Assembly: GCA_002633005.1 (NCBI GenBank)
Contig: NMRA01000007.1
Coordinates: 634,362 to 698,361 of the forward strand
DNA length: 64,000 nt
Direction of reading: 5' to 3'
Origin: Phoronis australis
Taxonomy: Eukaryota; Animalia; Phoronida
Positions 26,182 through 40,072 of the stretch are shown here, one piece after another (the stretch's first letter is position 1; every line of letters starts with the position of its first letter). The notes beneath the pieces were generated by a model, which worked only from the letters and a program-made list of their open reading frames with translations, was not told the DNA's origin and did not search any database. A program made the translations under genes and the position numbers.

Positions 26182-27527
26182 CTGAAATAAAAAAGGATTC
26201 TGTGAAGCTAGGATGTCACGTAAGACGACAGTGAGACTAGTTGAACTGTATATAAACAATTCAGACGTCAAGGTGACCTTCACTTGCTGAGAGGAGGATT
26301 TCATAAGGTAACCGAGCTTGAAACATAAAATATATAACTTTCAACAAGAGGAAGGAGTGTCACTACCCAGACGTGAAGCTTCATGATCGGAAACAGACAA
26401 GGATTCCACGAGAAACAGTTTCAGACACATCTGCAACTGGGACGCAGCTGCAGACACAGCAGACAATTTCAAAAAGGCAAGGAAGGAGTTAGTCCACAGG
26501 AAACGTTTCCACAATTAGATTAAAGAGCGCATTTTCACAAGGGATGGAGTTTCAAACACAAACGACATCACGATTTCCTCAAACGGAAGGAGTTGAAGAC
26601 ACATGTGGTATTTCACTTGTGGACCCGTCTTACCTAACCTTACCTTTTTCCTCAATTTGTATCGGTCCATCAATTCCTTTGTGCAGGGCTATAGAAGACT
26701 TATTCCCAGCCTTCATATTGGTCTATGTCACCACTTAACACGGTCAGCTTTCAGCTCTCATAGGCTGATGATTGTCACAAGTCCATAGGAATTTTCTTTG
26801 TTTGAAACTGAACTCACACGCTTCTGTTTTGTTTCCTTGTTTCAACTACACAGAAGCACGGGTCCTAATTCTCTGACTTCTATTTTACCCACCCAATACC
26901 TCCCCTCTGTTTTGGCACCTTCACGTACCTCTGTGTAGCATTTTTTTATTGCACATCTTTCCAGGTATCATTATTTTTTACATATTGCATTTTATTTTCA
27001 TTCGTACACTTTGCACTTATTTTTGTCAAAATAAAATTCATGCCCTTATTTTGTCAACCTGAGTCTCCTTTTTAATGAGCTTGTGATGCATGTATTTTTA
27101 TCATTGCTAGACACATTACAGCGTTCATAAATGACATTCTGGTAAGGGGAAGAGCTTCAGACACAAATGACACAGACGCTTTGTTTGGCCTTATGGAAAT
27201 ACTTACTGTGCGCAATAACCTCAGCTAATAACAAGGCCATGCAAAAAACTGGAGGTGTATTTTAACATATTCGTGCCACATAATAAAGATACAGCCCACA
27301 TTTCATTGCCGACTCCATTTTGTTTCCCTTAGTCCAAGTGCCAGATCGTTCTACTTTGGTAGCAGATGATTGTTTTATACTTAATTGTAGGCGGTCTGCT
27401 GCATGTTCACCAGATGTGCAGAGGCAGCTCAGATGGGCCCATTGAACTGAACACCTGGAACCATGTTTATGCTTTTTTAATACTAAAATCAAGTTGAGAA
27501 GCTGGAGACCCGACTCAAGGATCTAAC

Positions 27528-27597
27528 ACTGTGCCCCAGTGTGACTCGAACCCACGACCTTGGATAAAGGAAGTGGATACTTATCCAACTTGGCCTC
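27528..27597 (-). mobile_element. tRNA-derived SINE head fragment
   Basis: GGCCAAGTTGG A-box-like and GGTTCGAGTC B-box on the minus strand. Confidence 0.5.
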
Positions 27598-27731
27598 ATC
27601 ATGACGATTATTTTATGTCATGGTAGAGTTATTGTTCAGCCACGTCAAGACATTACAACATAATCAAAGACTTCCAATTTTAGGGCCCCGACTACTAGCA
27701 TAATACCTTAAACAGGTTTAAAATAGCATAC

Positions 27732-27795
27732 CTGGATATTTTGTATCATTTCTTTCTTGACATTGAGAAAGGTGGACAGCTGCTCTCTCACAGAC
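27732..27795 (-). CDS. Exon (E)SVREQLSTFLNVKKEMIQNIQ (SEA-like domain part)
   Basis: gcttttcag acceptor, GTATGC donor, phase 2-0 matching its neighbours. Confidence 0.8.
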
Positions 27796-28080
27796 CTGAA
27801 AAGCATGAGGATTTAAATCATGGCCGTATAAAGCAATTCATACGTTAAATCACAGTTGTGTACTATGAGACAGATAAAATATATCACGTAAACGCAACTT
27901 AAGTGCATTGCTGAATAATTTCAACAGGAAATGGTAGATGTAGATTATGCAAAATGCTCAAAGTTGCAAAGCGATATTCAACTTCACCAAAGTTGTTTGA
28001 AGATCACCTCAAAATCCCCTGAGCAAAAACCTCTACCCCACAGGGCGGCAAGTACCTGGCATCATAAAAGCAAGTCTTAC

Positions 28081-28165
28081 TCAACAAAGTATTCGTGATC
28101 CTCTTCTGAACTGAATGAGCCAATCAATTTAATCTTCAAACTGACTTTGACAGCGTTCTTCATTT
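28081..28165 (-). CDS. Exon (E)MKNAVKVSLKIKLIGSFSSEEDHEYFV (start of SEA-like domain)
   Basis: tttttgttgcag acceptor, GTAAGA donor, phase 1-2. Confidence 0.8.
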
Positions 28166-28484
28166 CTGCAACAAAAATTGAAAGCAAAACACCTGCGGAT
28201 CATCCACGGGTAACGTGATATGTTAAAACTTCTCCAGTGGGACAGTGAAAAAAAAATTATTCTGCTCAAGGTCGGAGCTTATACCAGTTTAAGAAATGGG
28301 CAATATTATCCGTACCAAATTCTTAGGAGTTAACAGTTTTTGAAAACTCACCTCGTTTCATTCGATTTATTAGAATCTATCAGAGTCGGAAACAACAATA
28401 CCTGAAAAAGTGTAAAATAAAAACTAAAACTTTGGAACCTTTTCTGTCCTAGTTTTCACATTGCTGTCTCCAGAGTCAACGTAC

Positions 28485-28676
28485 CACAGGTGATCTCAGT
28501 AGAGGCAGACTGTTGGATTATCTCTCCACGATCGTCCATACACATACAAGTGTCGTTGTTACACTGCTTGGGCTTGAAGTCTCCACGCGCATCACACTCT
28601 GGTACCCACAATTCCTCCTTATTCTCCAACTTCCTCTTCAAAGCTCTGAAGCGGTGCCGCTTGCAGCGAGGTTGCC
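28485..28676 (-). CDS. Exon encoding a complete thyroglobulin type-1 domain
   Basis: RCKRHR...WVPECDARGDFKPKQCNNDTCMCMDDRGEI...TC. atttgtag acceptor, GTACGT donor, phase 1-1. Confidence 0.9.
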
Positions 28677-30488
28677 CTACAAATAGCCACAGACTCATTT
28701 TCAGGGAACATATGGGTCTGTTTCGTGAAAAGTGAAATGAGAGCGCAAATCCAAATTTCTGTCTTAAGTCCCATTGCATGGAACATTAAGATAATCAGTA
28801 CTAGTGTGCGCTCGGGAATTTCACCTCCTGCATTTAATACAGAATGCTTTCTTTGAAAGCATATTTTCATAATTCATCCACAACTCCGGGTTGTTAATCC
28901 CAAACATTTAGGACACATTGAGGCAGACATTCAGCAGTCCCTGTTTGCTCTTCTAAATTCTATACCACAGCTGCCATTGGACAAAGTTTTGCGATTAAAT
29001 GGGCATTCGCAACAATGTACGTTGTTGGCTACTTCGGAAAAAAAGCAATAGCCAAATTCTCAAAGGCTTCTATGAAGTTTAGAAATTATTTTTGTCTGAA
29101 GCCTGAATGAGATTCACCTGCATCTGCTCAAAAGAGGCTTTCTCGTCACATGCTAAAGGGTCCAGTGATTCCAAGTGAGTGTTTTCTTCCAATTGTTCCG
29201 TCTCATTCAAATAGTCAAGGTTAGTCCCAATGCAGGGTTGTTTGCCAATTCACGACCTATTACGTAATTCACTTCTCACTTCATCTCAAGTTCAAATTTA
29301 TGGCTCTCATTCCTAGGACAGATGTCCTGAGCTTCAAACAAAGACTACATAGTCACCTGACTTTGGAAAATATGTGTCGATTTTGACCATTAAAACAAAT
29401 TGCCCAGCTCAGACCTGAGCCGAATGTGTAAGGATCAGAAGTTTTTAAACTCGTTCTTGCATCTGCTAACAAGTTAAGCATCATTTCACAAATAGCACAA
29501 CTTTACAAATGAAGGATAGGGTTCTCATCAACAAATCACATCAATGTTTCATACTCCTTGGTAGGAGTAAAATATATTTACTCAGGATCAGAAAACGTAA
29601 GCATAAACCCACTGTTCTCCTTCACGGTAAGGAATGAATGCACTGGAAACCTGAAGCTGAAAATGGTATTATAACAAGTGACAACAAAAAAGTCTTCCAA
29701 CACAAAACCAACTTTTGATTTGGAACACTTACCAAATTTTTCCTTTAGTTAGTGAAACTGGAGGTGACTTCAGGGCTTCCAAAAAACTGACAGTACGTTC
29801 GTGTTTGCAGTGAGACCTCGGGCTCTTAAGTGAGTATCATTATAGCAAGTGTCATTTCATAAAAAAAACTCGACCCGTTTCATGGAACCATGTACGTCGC
29901 TGCACAAAAGCCGTTATCATCAAGAAGGCTGTTTATCAGGACCACTGAGCTAGGTTCCTATTGTGAGGGGCAATGCAATTGGTGCATTAACAAAAAGTTC
30001 AAGTCAATAAAATACCGGCTAAAATAAATTGATGTATCGTGGACTGACTGGTGTTTTTTCAAACTGAAATTGAATTCCTCATGAAAAGCTATGTTTGGAA
30101 CATTTTTACCCAAATCAAAGTGATAAACTTAACCAAAATAGATGCGTTAGCTATCGATTCTCTGGTACATCAGTAACAAGATATTACCTTATAAACATTT
30201 GAGAACCCAGACACCTTTACTTTGCCTTATGATAGAAACACCCTATTGTGGGACCACTGGTATGATCCTTATAGTCTCTCTGAAAAGCCATGAATGGGAC
30301 CTCAACAGTTAACTATCCCTGGCCAGTCTTTTTGAACCGCCATGGCAGCAGACACCGTCTTTGTAGTTAACTATCCCGCTTTCTGAATAATAAAGTTAGG
30401 ATCATCACGCTGTCTCTGAGCAGTCATTTCAGCTACCTGCTCTTCTAACAGTAACTAGTCTTTCTGAACAGTCACTGTTGGTACTTAC

Positions 30489-30653
30489 CCTCATTACACT
30501 TGACAGTGCCATCTTCATTGAAGAAATAGATGCCACAAGTACATGGGTTCTGGTAACAGATGGCGTCTTGGAAGAAGGAGCACTGGTAGTCATTGCATGT
30601 GGTGTTACAAAGGATTACTTCATCAGGTGGGCACTTAGACAGGTCTTCAGGCA
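30489..30653 (-). CDS. Exon encoding 8-Cys module (copy 3)
   Basis: CPPDEVILCNTTCNDYQCSFFQDAICYQNPCTCGIYFFNEDGTVKC. ttgacag acceptor, GTAAGT donor, phase 1-1. Confidence 0.9.
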
Positions 30654-31649
30654 CTGTCAAGTACAAAATTAAAAGTTGTGAGAAATCTTATTGAGTGACC
30701 GGAACGTGATTCACGATGTGCACCCTATTCAAATTTCACTCAGTGCATTCTTTCAGGAAATTAAAGTCTTAACAGCACTCTACTAAGTGGTGGTGTGCAA
30801 AACCCAAGTCACCTCAACAGCAGTTGGAAAGTGTGTTATTTCTCTAGTAGCCATCCAATTTTTACCCATGGAACAATGAAATTAAAATAATTCATTCTTT
30901 AATGGCAGATTTAGTTTTCATGGTCCGCAGTCTTCCTGAAAGTTCAGGACGACTGGTACGTGCCTATTGCAATCCCAACTGGCAAGAAACTATACTTGTC
31001 AGCAAACCCATGTTATTTAAAACGAAAAGAAAAAGCACAGATTCTGAACACGTTTCAATGTCACGTAAACAAAATGCATTTCAATGGAAATATGAGACTA
31101 TGTCTGCAAAATCTCGACACAATTCTTGATAACTCATTTCACTGGGATATTAAAATCAATATGCAACGTACACCTTCAGTCAACAAGTTTTTACTTATAT
31201 CAGAGCACCAGCAATAGGGCCATCACGGATTACACAGCTGCAACAGAATTCTCTTTTGTCTCAGAGGTAAGAAAGCGTGTTGTTTTTATTGGCCTCATTT
31301 TGGAATGTCAGGTACGTTTTCACAGGTCATGTTGGAAACCGCTGAGGTGTATGGCTGTGGAAACATTCCCTATTTTAACAGTTTAGTAGCGGAATTGAAA
31401 AGGTAACGACAAGAAAGGGTATTCTGTTCTGTTCAAAATTAACCTGACAAACTTGCTTCACCCACTTGCTCTGCATTTTCTTGTCTTTGATTGATATCGG
31501 TAAGGTAAAGAGCTTATTAACAACATGCATCCATGGATATCTGTCAAGTTTATCCAACTTTCCCCCGTAAGTGGATACCCATGATTGTCACTTCAGGTGA
31601 CAAAAATCAAATTGGCTGGGAAAAAAATGGTTCCATAACTTTTAAGTAA

Positions 31650-32437
31650 ACATTGAGACATTGGGGGGCACAGCAGCAGTCAGATCAAATCAACAGTGAT
31701 CGTCATCTGTTGTCATCATACAAGGGGATAAGATACAAGCTACAGATGCAAAAAACAAAACCACCACTAGGGAAAATCAAAGTAGTCAGATCAGTCTGAA
31801 AATCAATGTCACAGCTATCGTCTTGTCAGCAGCGGAACAAATCTGCCAATTTTCATAATGAACCTTGGAGTAGTTTGGCACAGAGAGAGGAGGACGTCAG
31901 AACTGATAAAAATGTCAAATCCGTCCAAAAACAAGAATAAAGTCATCTTCTGTGTAACAAAGATCTATTTCCCAAATTTCACAAAAATCTTTATTAACTC
32001 TGAAGACACTCTGATTAGATAATAATATGAAAAAATTGCCACCAGGTGGAACAGCAGTATTCGTGTTCGTCTGAAAGTTATCACAATCAGTTGTTACATT
32101 CATAACATGAAAAAAATTAATGACAAATTTAGCAAACAGGTACTACCGTTAATGTTGAGCCCTACTGTAAGGGTTACGGAAATTATGTCGTGGATGCAAA
32201 AAAGGAGGTTCCATATTTAAGTCAAGTTCGTACAAAAATCAACGTCAGTCGTAGTCTTCCCAAAAGGAACACATCTGTCAATTTTCATGATCCTTTGAAC
32301 AGTTTGGATATTAAGAGAAAGCCAGACGCCACACAATGGACTCAACCTCATTTCAATCCTGCAAGAGAGCAGACACACAGACAGAAATGATGGCAATGCA
32401 TCCCCATTTATAAGAAAAATTATGTGGGTGCATAAAA
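31650..32437 (-). mobile_element. Degenerate intronic HINE-like repeat
   Basis: 5' end ttatgtgggtgcataaaaa (read on +) at ~32420-32437 and ccactag/aaattgccacc subrepeats. Confidence 0.5.
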
Positions 32438-32470
32438 ATCAACTTATATTTAAAAAAACAACATATTCAC

Positions 32471-32701
32471 CTGATATCAGCTTCCCAGACTGTGCATTCG
32501 GAGACTCAGCGACCTTCATAAAAGCCCTCCTGGTACACGTGACCCGTTCTAAATTTCCTGTGGTGTTTGTGAAGAGGCCATAGGAGCACTTATCACAGGG
32601 GTCAGCGAGGCATACACCCTGTGCATCCTTAGAGTTGCACAAATTTAATAGTGGATTGCAATAGACTAAACAGATCTGAGGAACATTTCCATTGTGGCAT
32701 T
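32471..32701 (-). CDS. Exon encoding 8-Cys module (copy 2) plus linker
   Basis: CHNGNVPQICLVYCNPLLNLCNSKDAQGVCLADPCDKCSYGLF...VTC. cattacag acceptor, GTGAAT donor, phase 1-1. Confidence 0.9.
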
Positions 32702-33399
32702 CTGTAATGAAATGTGATGACAGTACAAAAGAAACTGACTGTATGGTACTGTTCACAATAAAATAGCCAAAACCTATTTTCTGTTTATGTCATGCCATAG
32801 TCAGTAGCAACACATTGGCCAATTTTCTTAATCATTAGGAACCCAGTACAGGTAAAAACTGACAATCGGATGATGGTCATCCAAAGGTTGGAGTTTACTA
32901 AATGGGAACACGATAGTCTATTTGAATCAAGTGCCATTTACACTTACAAAGTTGACACGGATCAGCTGACACGTACGGAACGAGTTGTTCTAGTGTGTAA
33001 ACGGACTGACTCGGAGCAAGAGTTGACACCGCGGTGACAAATTTTTGCCATCCATTTGTGAGGTAGAGTAATTTGCGCCCAAACATCTTGCGCCGTGTCA
33101 ATTATAAGTCTAAATGCAAAACTGGAGCAAGTCGCAAAGGATCATCTCTACTGCGCTTGTGCAATGACCTTCATACGGGTTCTTTGTCTCTGCAACTATC
33201 ATCATTTGTAAACCTGCACCTGTGCGATCCTGAGTCTCTCCAGCCTGCAATTTCCGTCTTACCACGGTTAGTGAGTTGTGTGTGTAAAGGGCCGCTTGAC
33301 ACAGGTTAATTTGCTCTGTGTCAGTTAATTAAATCAGTTTTTGGCCACAATAAGAACAAAAACCGGACGATCGCCGCACAAATAAAAAAGTTCATGTTC

Positions 33400-34290
33400 A
33401 ATTCAATGTTTCGTCTTTTCATTAGACATCATCAGGATCATATTTACAACAATTTAGGACAACAAGTGCCAACATACAGCTCAGGTAACATCCATAGAGT
33501 GAAGTGAGAGATACATGGAATATGGTCAGTAGCTGGTCATCACCATAGCTGCAGCGTCACAGAGCTCTGCATGTTATTCAGAGAATCAGTGGCATGCTGG
33601 TTATGAATGGCCTATGACTCTTTAATGTACAGTAACTCCTTATTAGATTCTCTGCAGATAAAACTAACAGAGTTGGCTTGGAGATTGTAGCTAATACAAT
33701 GCCTATATATGTTACTTTTCTCTGAGGTGTGATGTTCTTTCAACCTGTCACAGAGGCGTCTCTGTGTGAGTCCTATATAGAATTCCTTACAGTTGTCATA
33801 TTCAACCTTATACACAACATTGCTCTTGTTCAATAAAGGGATGGGTGACTTCAGTTTACACAGCATATTGGAAAGTTTCCGAAGGGGATTGAAAACAACT
33901 ATCAGTTCAACTGCTGGGTCTATGCAATAAATAAGGCGAGATAATTGGCGTTTCAATTTTATACTACTTAGCCCGGTATAAACAAGAGAAAAGAAAACTT
34001 TCTTTTTCTCGGGTCCAATAACAGCTTTCTTATCTGCCTCATTCATTTTTGAAAGGAAGTGCCTTTTACAGCTATTCAGAAAATTCAGAGGGTAACCATT
34101 GGAACGCAATAACAGCAAAATCATAGCTACGTCACTATCAAAATTTAAATTGGAGCAGATTCTCCAGGCACGGTGTAACAAGCAATTGACTAGACCTCTC
34201 TTGTATTGGATAGGCACAAAACTATCAAATTTAAGCCAAAGCCCAGAAAAACTCGGCTTACGATACACTTTTTTATTTGTGCGGCGATCG
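33400..34290 (-). mobile_element. Penelope-like retroelement fragment: RT thumb plus GIY-YIG endonuclease
   Basis: YRKPSFSGLWLKFDS...LLHRAWRICS...NGYP...SNVVYKV...FYIGLTQRRLCDRLKEH. Confidence 0.9.
33403..33437 (-). ncRNA. Minimal hammerhead-ribozyme-like motif at the Penelope 3' end
   Basis: CTGATGA-T-GTCT-aatgaaa-AGAC-GAAAC on the minus strand, downstream of the ORF. Confidence 0.55.
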
Positions 34291-34599
34291 TCCAGTTTTT
34301 GATGTGTGTCAGTTGCGCAGCCCCGCTAAAAGTTGATTTCAAATGGGACTAGCTAATCTTCCTGCTTGGTCTTTGTGGTTAGGTACCTAATCCTTTATGA
34401 CACCTCATTATGTCATGTGCCTCTGTTGGCAGCCTATAGTGTTGGCAAGGAATGGGGTAATATTCAGTTGAGACTTGGGCTTCAGTTGACAAAGTTAAGC
34501 AGGTTTTGGATTGAATTTTCAACTGTACTAGGTCCCTCATGATGGCAGTCTTAATAATTGTATACCACTAGCTGACATCAGACAATGTTTTGAAAAACT

Positions 34600-35310
34600 G
34601 TGTGTGTGTTCATAACCATGTTAGGGGCATTTGAAAAGTGAAAAAAGGGTTAATTTTGGAAACTGGATTTGTCCGAAATTGGTGAGGTATTAGAAATAGG
34701 AACCTATGCCAGATTCATGAAATTCTGTAAAGGAACTTTGAAGCTGCAAAGGTAAACAGAAAAAATGAAATTGACATTCTAGGTCACAGTGGTACGTATA
34801 TAAATCTGCCTGCCAGAGATAAAATTGCAACCCAAAAAAAAACAAAATTGTCACCAGGGGGCAAAATGGTCAGACTTGTCCAAAAATCATAGTCAGCCAT
34901 GGTCTTCTCACCTGAAGAACGAATCTGCCACTTTTCATAATAATCCTTGGATTTGTTTAACTGGTAAATAGACTGCACGTAAATAATGAAAATGGCTATC
35001 AAGTGGCATCGAATCATCCGAAAATGGAAATGAATTGTCACCTAAAATTATAGTAACCTACCTTCCAAATTTCATGAAAATCTGTCAAGATATATTAGGA
35101 AGAAAATGTCTAAAAACAAAAATTGCCACATTTAGTTAGGGGACACAGAAATAATTGGATCCATCCAAAAGTTGTCCTCACTTGTTGTGACACTGCCAGG
35201 AAAACATTTGCCGAATTTCACAAAGATAATGCAAGATGCTAAGGATATACAGCCACACACACAAAAATTGCCACAAGGGGGTGCCACGGTTGTCGGGCTT
35301 ATCCCGAATT
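34600..35310 (-). mobile_element. Degenerate HINE-like repeat (internal subrepeats)
   Basis: Repeated aaaattgccac(t)agggg...ccaaatttcatgaaaatc units shared with 10826-13258. Confidence 0.5.
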
Positions 35311-36467
35311 GTATCGCAGAATCAGCCAAGCTCAGTGCTAATGCTATTACTGGAAATGACCAATAGGCAAACATAAGTGTATTTAAACATCTGGAGCAAC
35401 AAAAATCTGTGCTAGTGATGTCATTCACAGCGACAGATACAGGCAAGTCATGTGTGTATTAAAATTACTAAGTCATGTGACTGTTCAACAGATGAATTCA
35501 TTTTCCTTTCAAGGGATCAGTGATCCAGTCAGGGCCCAGTCTTCGCAAACAGACCAATGTCTGCAGGAACTGAATCAGAACAAGAAACTGTACACCGCTT
35601 GTTACTCTGAGTGGACGTCGCTAAATGTAGGAACGACAACACACTTGAGTATACAAAAGGAATGCACTATCAGAAATACATACGCAGAAGTCTGCTGCCA
35701 GCCAGAACAGTTCCTGAAAAGAAAAAATAAACATTGTCAAGCTTATGCCAACGTTTCCTCAGTCATGTCTAATGGGATTTTCTGTAAATAAGCGTGTATT
35801 TGAATAATGAAAGTTTTCAGGATTTAGTAACACCACATAAACGCCCGGGCGTTTATTTGGAAAAGCGGGGCTTCTAAACAGAAAGTCATAGTTCTGCTGA
35901 CTTTGACATTTTTTACTTAAAATTGTGTTTTTAAATTTTATGTTAATGAATTGAATAGTTCGCCAACTATGTTTGTTTTTGTAAATGATAAATGTTCCAC
36001 AAAACTGAATTTGAGACAAAAAATTGACGCTGTCAGTGAGCTCTTAAGAATTTTTCCAAATAACCCCCCCCCCCATTATGTGGACACTTGACACCAGAAG
36101 TTGTAAAATAATTTTCTGAATAAACGCCCATGGGCGTTTCATCGGGTGGGTTTATCAACGGAAAATCCCAGTAAGTGAGACTCAATGTATGGTTACCGAA
36201 ATTCTCTGCAAATTTACCATACCCAAAATTATTTAGAAAAATTGATATGTGCCTGACTCGTTTCGCACAAGGCACTTCAGTGAGATATTTTCGAGTAAAT
36301 CTGCGTACTATGAGCAGAGTTCCAAATGGGCAGCCACAAGATGAAAAATCAAGTATGAGATATGGCTGAAACATTACGACTATGCCCACTCTAAGGAAAT
36401 ATCACACTCTTCTGCACAATGTCATATAGGAACAGTCCAATTAACTCCGATGGGTCATTACACCAAC

Positions 36468-36662
36468 AACTCCAAAGGTTCACTATCTCCAAAGGTTCAC
36501 AACTCTGAAGTTTCACTATCTCCAAACGTTCACAACTCCGAAGGTTCACTGTCTCCAAAGGTTCACAACTCTGAAGGTTCACTATCTCCAAAATCTCACA
36601 ATTCCGAAGGTTCACAACTCCTAAAGGTTCACTACTCCAAAGGTTCACTACCCGTACTCCAA
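36468..36662. repeat. 33-bp (16+17) tandem minisatellite, 5-6 units
   Basis: ctccaaaggttcacaactctgaaggttcactat repeated. Inverted units recur at ~37280-37345. Confidence 0.85.
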
Positions 36663-39600
36663 AAATATGAGAAATTTTGGACTCGGATGCAATTTTATAC
36701 CTCTATGGGCAACAATGCACGATGCTTTGGTTATTAGATGAAGTGGTGTACCTATACCAACAAGAGCAACGCGGACCGTTGAAATGCGCCCATGAATCCA
36801 TTGCAAATGGTGTGCTTTAAGGGTTATTTATTTGTATCATAAAAATGGCCACTAGATGGCGCAAAAACATATAATATAATAAAATAATAAAAAATGCGCG
36901 GACAGAACATTTGAAAAAAGCAGAAATCCGCGTTTCCGTGGAAAATTCGAAGCCCTGTTAGTTTGAGGTGTGGAAACTCGATGACTTCAGATGTATTTTA
37001 AATACATTGAATGGGAGATGTGACGGAGACCATTGCCAAGATATCAGTGCCTATCCACGTTAAGCCTCAGAGTTTAACAGGATAGCCTATTAGTATTTCA
37101 ATGTATTAAACAATAAGGAAAACCTACCAAATGTGTTGCAAAAGCTAACATGGAAATAGACAAACTATTCGTCAAATGGGCATGCTTTAAGTGGTTACTA
37201 AATGGACACAATACAATCCTTTATGCATGTCAGTTCTGCTTCTTTAGGATACACCCAGAGTAGCGAACTGTCAGATATGTGAACTTGGTTTTGGAGTAGT
37301 GAACCCTTGGACTGCACCCTGGAGAAGCTTCGGAGCAGTGACATAAACCGCACACATACCAAACACAGAGAATTTACGATAATTTGACTTCTCTATTTGT
37401 TACAGACGTTTTCTGGCAACAATGCCATGATGAACCAATATGACCAACCTAATGAAGATTACTAAATGCGATGGATGATTTAGGACAAAGGGGTACCTGC
37501 CTGTTTCCGACTGTCCCCAGCTTGTAAAGACAGGGTTTGAATGTTCTGAAAACTAGCTTGATATGGGTGGGCCTTAAAAGGGGCCCATATAGTAGGTGCA
37601 CAAAGGCATTTTGAGAATGAAGTATACTGAGGACCAAATGTACAACTTAACAAAAAATAGACTTACATCCGGAGCGATACATGAGGAACACTCAAAACCA
37701 TCTCCTCTGAGAGCTGGAGTTTATGAGTTTATTGATGCAACACAATAACACATTGAAATCAGACCAGCTGCTTGGGTTGCTTGGTCACTTAATAATTAAT
37801 TAATTTCCACCTTGGTTACTGGCAAGAGCCATGCACACCCGGAAAGACTAAGATGCCAAATCATTTCGTTCAGGCCATTACGGCATTCTCCCATTGAGTC
37901 CAAGTTGTTTGGTTATATAGCCCAACAACAAGTTGGGCAGATGACCGCTGTAGCCAATATATTACACTGAGGACTGATAAAGTCCATTCTGGCATTGGAT
38001 GGTTAGCTCTCTAATCTCCGATAAGATCATATCTAGCCTGACTATGCTGTGCTGTTAACAATAAAAGTTAAGTATAAAATGTTTGAACATAAACCAATAG
38101 CATTTCTGAATTCCTCATCAAATGCTGATCATGTTTAGTTTTTGAATCACCAAAATCGCCCAACTATAACAGAAGTTAAGACAATCAGATCTATTCTGTC
38201 CAAACGTATTGCTAATGTACCGGGTTTGACTGTGTTCATACACAGTCGGTAATAGGGTGCAACCACCATACTTTTCATAATGCTTACATCGATCCATGAC
38301 ACAGATACATAATTTTTATGTTTCACCAAATACATTGTTTTCAGCAGTATAGGCGACATTAATAATGATATTACGCCTGATGTATTACGCGCATTACCAC
38401 CATTCTCAAATTGATTACACCGCTGAGGTCACGTGGTTCTTATATGCTATGATTTTTTAGCACAGTTCAGCAGCGTCATTACTTCAAAATGAGAAGATAT
38501 CCTGTGATTAGTTACTTGGTAATTTTCATTTTATTCCCGTAAAAATGCAGGTGTTCACTCTCACACTATGAGCGAGGGTGTCGCAACTCATAAAACCAGA
38601 TGCAGAAATTTCCAATCTAAAATTTTACAAAAATAAGACTTAAAGTGAAATAATGAAACTCTTTGTCCGAATTACTGAAATTTGACCTTATTTTCATGTA
38701 AAAGTAACCTTCACACCCCTTAATAGCGCCTATCCCGTGTGCCCAATGGTGGCAAACTCGGTCACTTGCCATTGCCGTCCATTTTGTGTGGTGTGAGTTT
38801 TGAACTCAAGTTCGAAAGCAAACATCCCGTGGAGTATAAAAATGCAGTTGAAGTCCGTGCACACTTTTGGAATTAGGATACTGAATCTTTCAGCATCTAT
38901 TAACTAAGTTTTATTTCACGACTTAAATTTTTACACGCGTTAAAAATGTTTAAACTAGGATGCGTTCAACACGACAAAGTCACCGATCCAAAAACAAAAT
39001 GGCTGAATTTGACCGCCCGGCTACTCACAGGACCAGTTACGACCAAATGTGCGACTTAAATAAAATGGGAAGCTGGATGCATAATACGTTTTTGGGTAAA
39101 TCCACAAGTAGCAATCCTCAAAAGCCGCACAGCAAAACTTCTTTCAAAACGAGCAGGTGGAGCGGCTTTTCTTTACTAACAAACCATTAGAGAGCACCTC
39201 GACTTTTTAAAGTTACTACCGCTTGCTGGAGTCCATCCAACTGAAGCTTAATCTTTCGTGAAACATTAGTCCCAATGACAAAATGAGAAAACAATGACCT
39301 CTGAGCTACCATAATTTATTCATTGTTGTTCTGTTAAGCCGATGTCAAAAGTAATTCTGCTTGGTTTCAGTAACCCTAGGAAGCCTGGTTGATAACTGGC
39401 CTGCCTGTTGCCATACCAGACAATAGAATCAAAGTGCTTGGCAGTTAACAAAGGAGCAACATGTTGTTGTCTGGTAAAGTCATTGAACTGGAGAATGCTC
39501 TAATGGTCTGAACTCACTTCACAAGGGTAGGTCAATTAGGATACTAGTTCCTAGCTTGTTTACGCACATGTAACTAGACTCATGGTGATGACACCATTTG

Positions 39601-40072
39601 CACGCCACGCCACAGAAGTGCTGTTCTTCAATGGAACAATTTATATAGATATGTAGGCATATCTTTGACAAATGCGAGTCGATTTTGACCAAAAGCATAG
39701 TACCATTATGGTCGACATAAGGTAATTTACAATTAACTTTCAAAATTAAAGGAGAAAAATGCAAAGGTTGAAATAACCAAATGCTCAGGCGCATTCAACT
39801 CACAGCCAGCAGATGGCTATCACAGCCATAAATCAAACGAGAAGCTCAAATGTAAACACAACCCCCCATCTGCAGTAAACTACCCCAACCTGCGGATGCA
39901 GGACCTCAGACACTGAATTTCAGTACCAAGCACCTTTGAATCAGCACAAACCAAGAATGGGAAATCATCCACACCCAATTAGCCAACTAGTCAACACAAA
40001 TCTGCACCCTACATGGGGCCTATGGGTCCATCAAAGTACCGGTATGTAACATGGCGAGAAGGAAAGGCCTAC

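Noticed and set aside
32952-32993. Exon-like EQLVPYVSADPCQL with a GTAAGT donor, resembling the ADPC motif
   Set aside because: Splicing to the next exon (32701) would create TAA, and it lies next to Penelope 3' sequence.
36391-36737. Repetitive ORFs (SLSPKVHNSEG)n and an LRR-looking (LEIVNLQSCEP)n on the other strand
   Set aside because: By-product of a 33-bp minisatellite with inverted partner units. No convincing splice sites tie it to the gene.
37668-37707. Exon-like segment with a GTAAGT donor
   Set aside because: Its length does not preserve phase 1-1 between the neighbouring exons.
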